From: Patescibacteria group bacterium
GTDB taxonomy: Bacteria > Patescibacteriota > Minisyncoccia > UBA6257 > UBA9933
Reading direction: 5' to 3'
DNA: 64,000 bases
Assembly (NCBI GenBank): GCA_038065955.1
Contig: JBBTPY010000008.1
Span: 4,697 to 68,696 of the forward strand
A program made the translations under genes and the position numbers. The notes under the pieces are model-generated. The model saw only the letters and a program-made list of their open reading frames with translations. It had not been told where the DNA came from and searched no databases. The number at the start of each line of letters is the position of its first letter. Position 1 is the first letter of the stretch. Of the stretch, positions 63,854-64,000 are shown in pieces.

Positions 63854-64000
63854 ATGACAAAACAAGAATCTGTTGCCACCCAGCAATTTGTTGATATTAC
63901 GGATATCAAAGATGGAGCTGTTTTTTTGAAAGGCGGCGGTTTGCGCCGTGTCTTAATAGTTTCAGGGATAAATTTTGACCTTAAATCCGAAGAGGAGCAG
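63854..64000 (+). CDS. VirB4/TraC-associated protein, 5' part only
   Basis: MTKQESVATQQFVDITDIKDG...SGINFDLKSEEEQ; runs off the window. Confidence 0.7.
   Translation, partial: MTKQESVATQQFVDITDIKDGAVFLKGGGLRRVLIVSGINFDLKSEEEQ

Overview
Origin-proximal chromosome segment of a low-GC bacterium. Gene content points to Patescibacteria/CPR, Parcubacteria-like (inference); TGA is used as a stop, consistent with code 11. It holds dnaA-dnaN with a likely oriC (DnaA boxes, DnaA-trios, visible skew switch), jag-yidC-rnpA-rpmH, scattered ruvA/B/C, a complete type IV pilus/competence set (pilMNOP-B-T-C-A-D, minor pilins, comF, comM), an archaeal-type ATP-dependent DNA ligase, a Xer recombinase, rpsO-NYN-pnp, the start of a VirB6/PrgI/VirB4-like cluster and tRNA-Arg(CCG). 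The most unusual signals are non-coding or sub-genic: (1) a family of loop-less 36-42 bp palindromes bracketing a wHTH+Cas2-like (PaaX-type) gene and closing two islets of orphan genes with strong Shine-Dalgarno sites; (2) a second, unrelated 42-bp palindrome in an ~75-bp direct repeat bracketing the competence/pilus region and abutting xer; (3) an in-frame RuvA-TM-coiled coil-M23 fusion; (4) a promoter-led ~145-nt structured RNA between pilB and ruvB; (5) in-frame palindromic LPAGRQG insertions and many 7-nt arrays inside housekeeping genes, plus a four-helix-bundle gene between inverted repeat ladders; (6) a recurrent AAAGGTCG leader motif. All calls are by eye; no searches were run.
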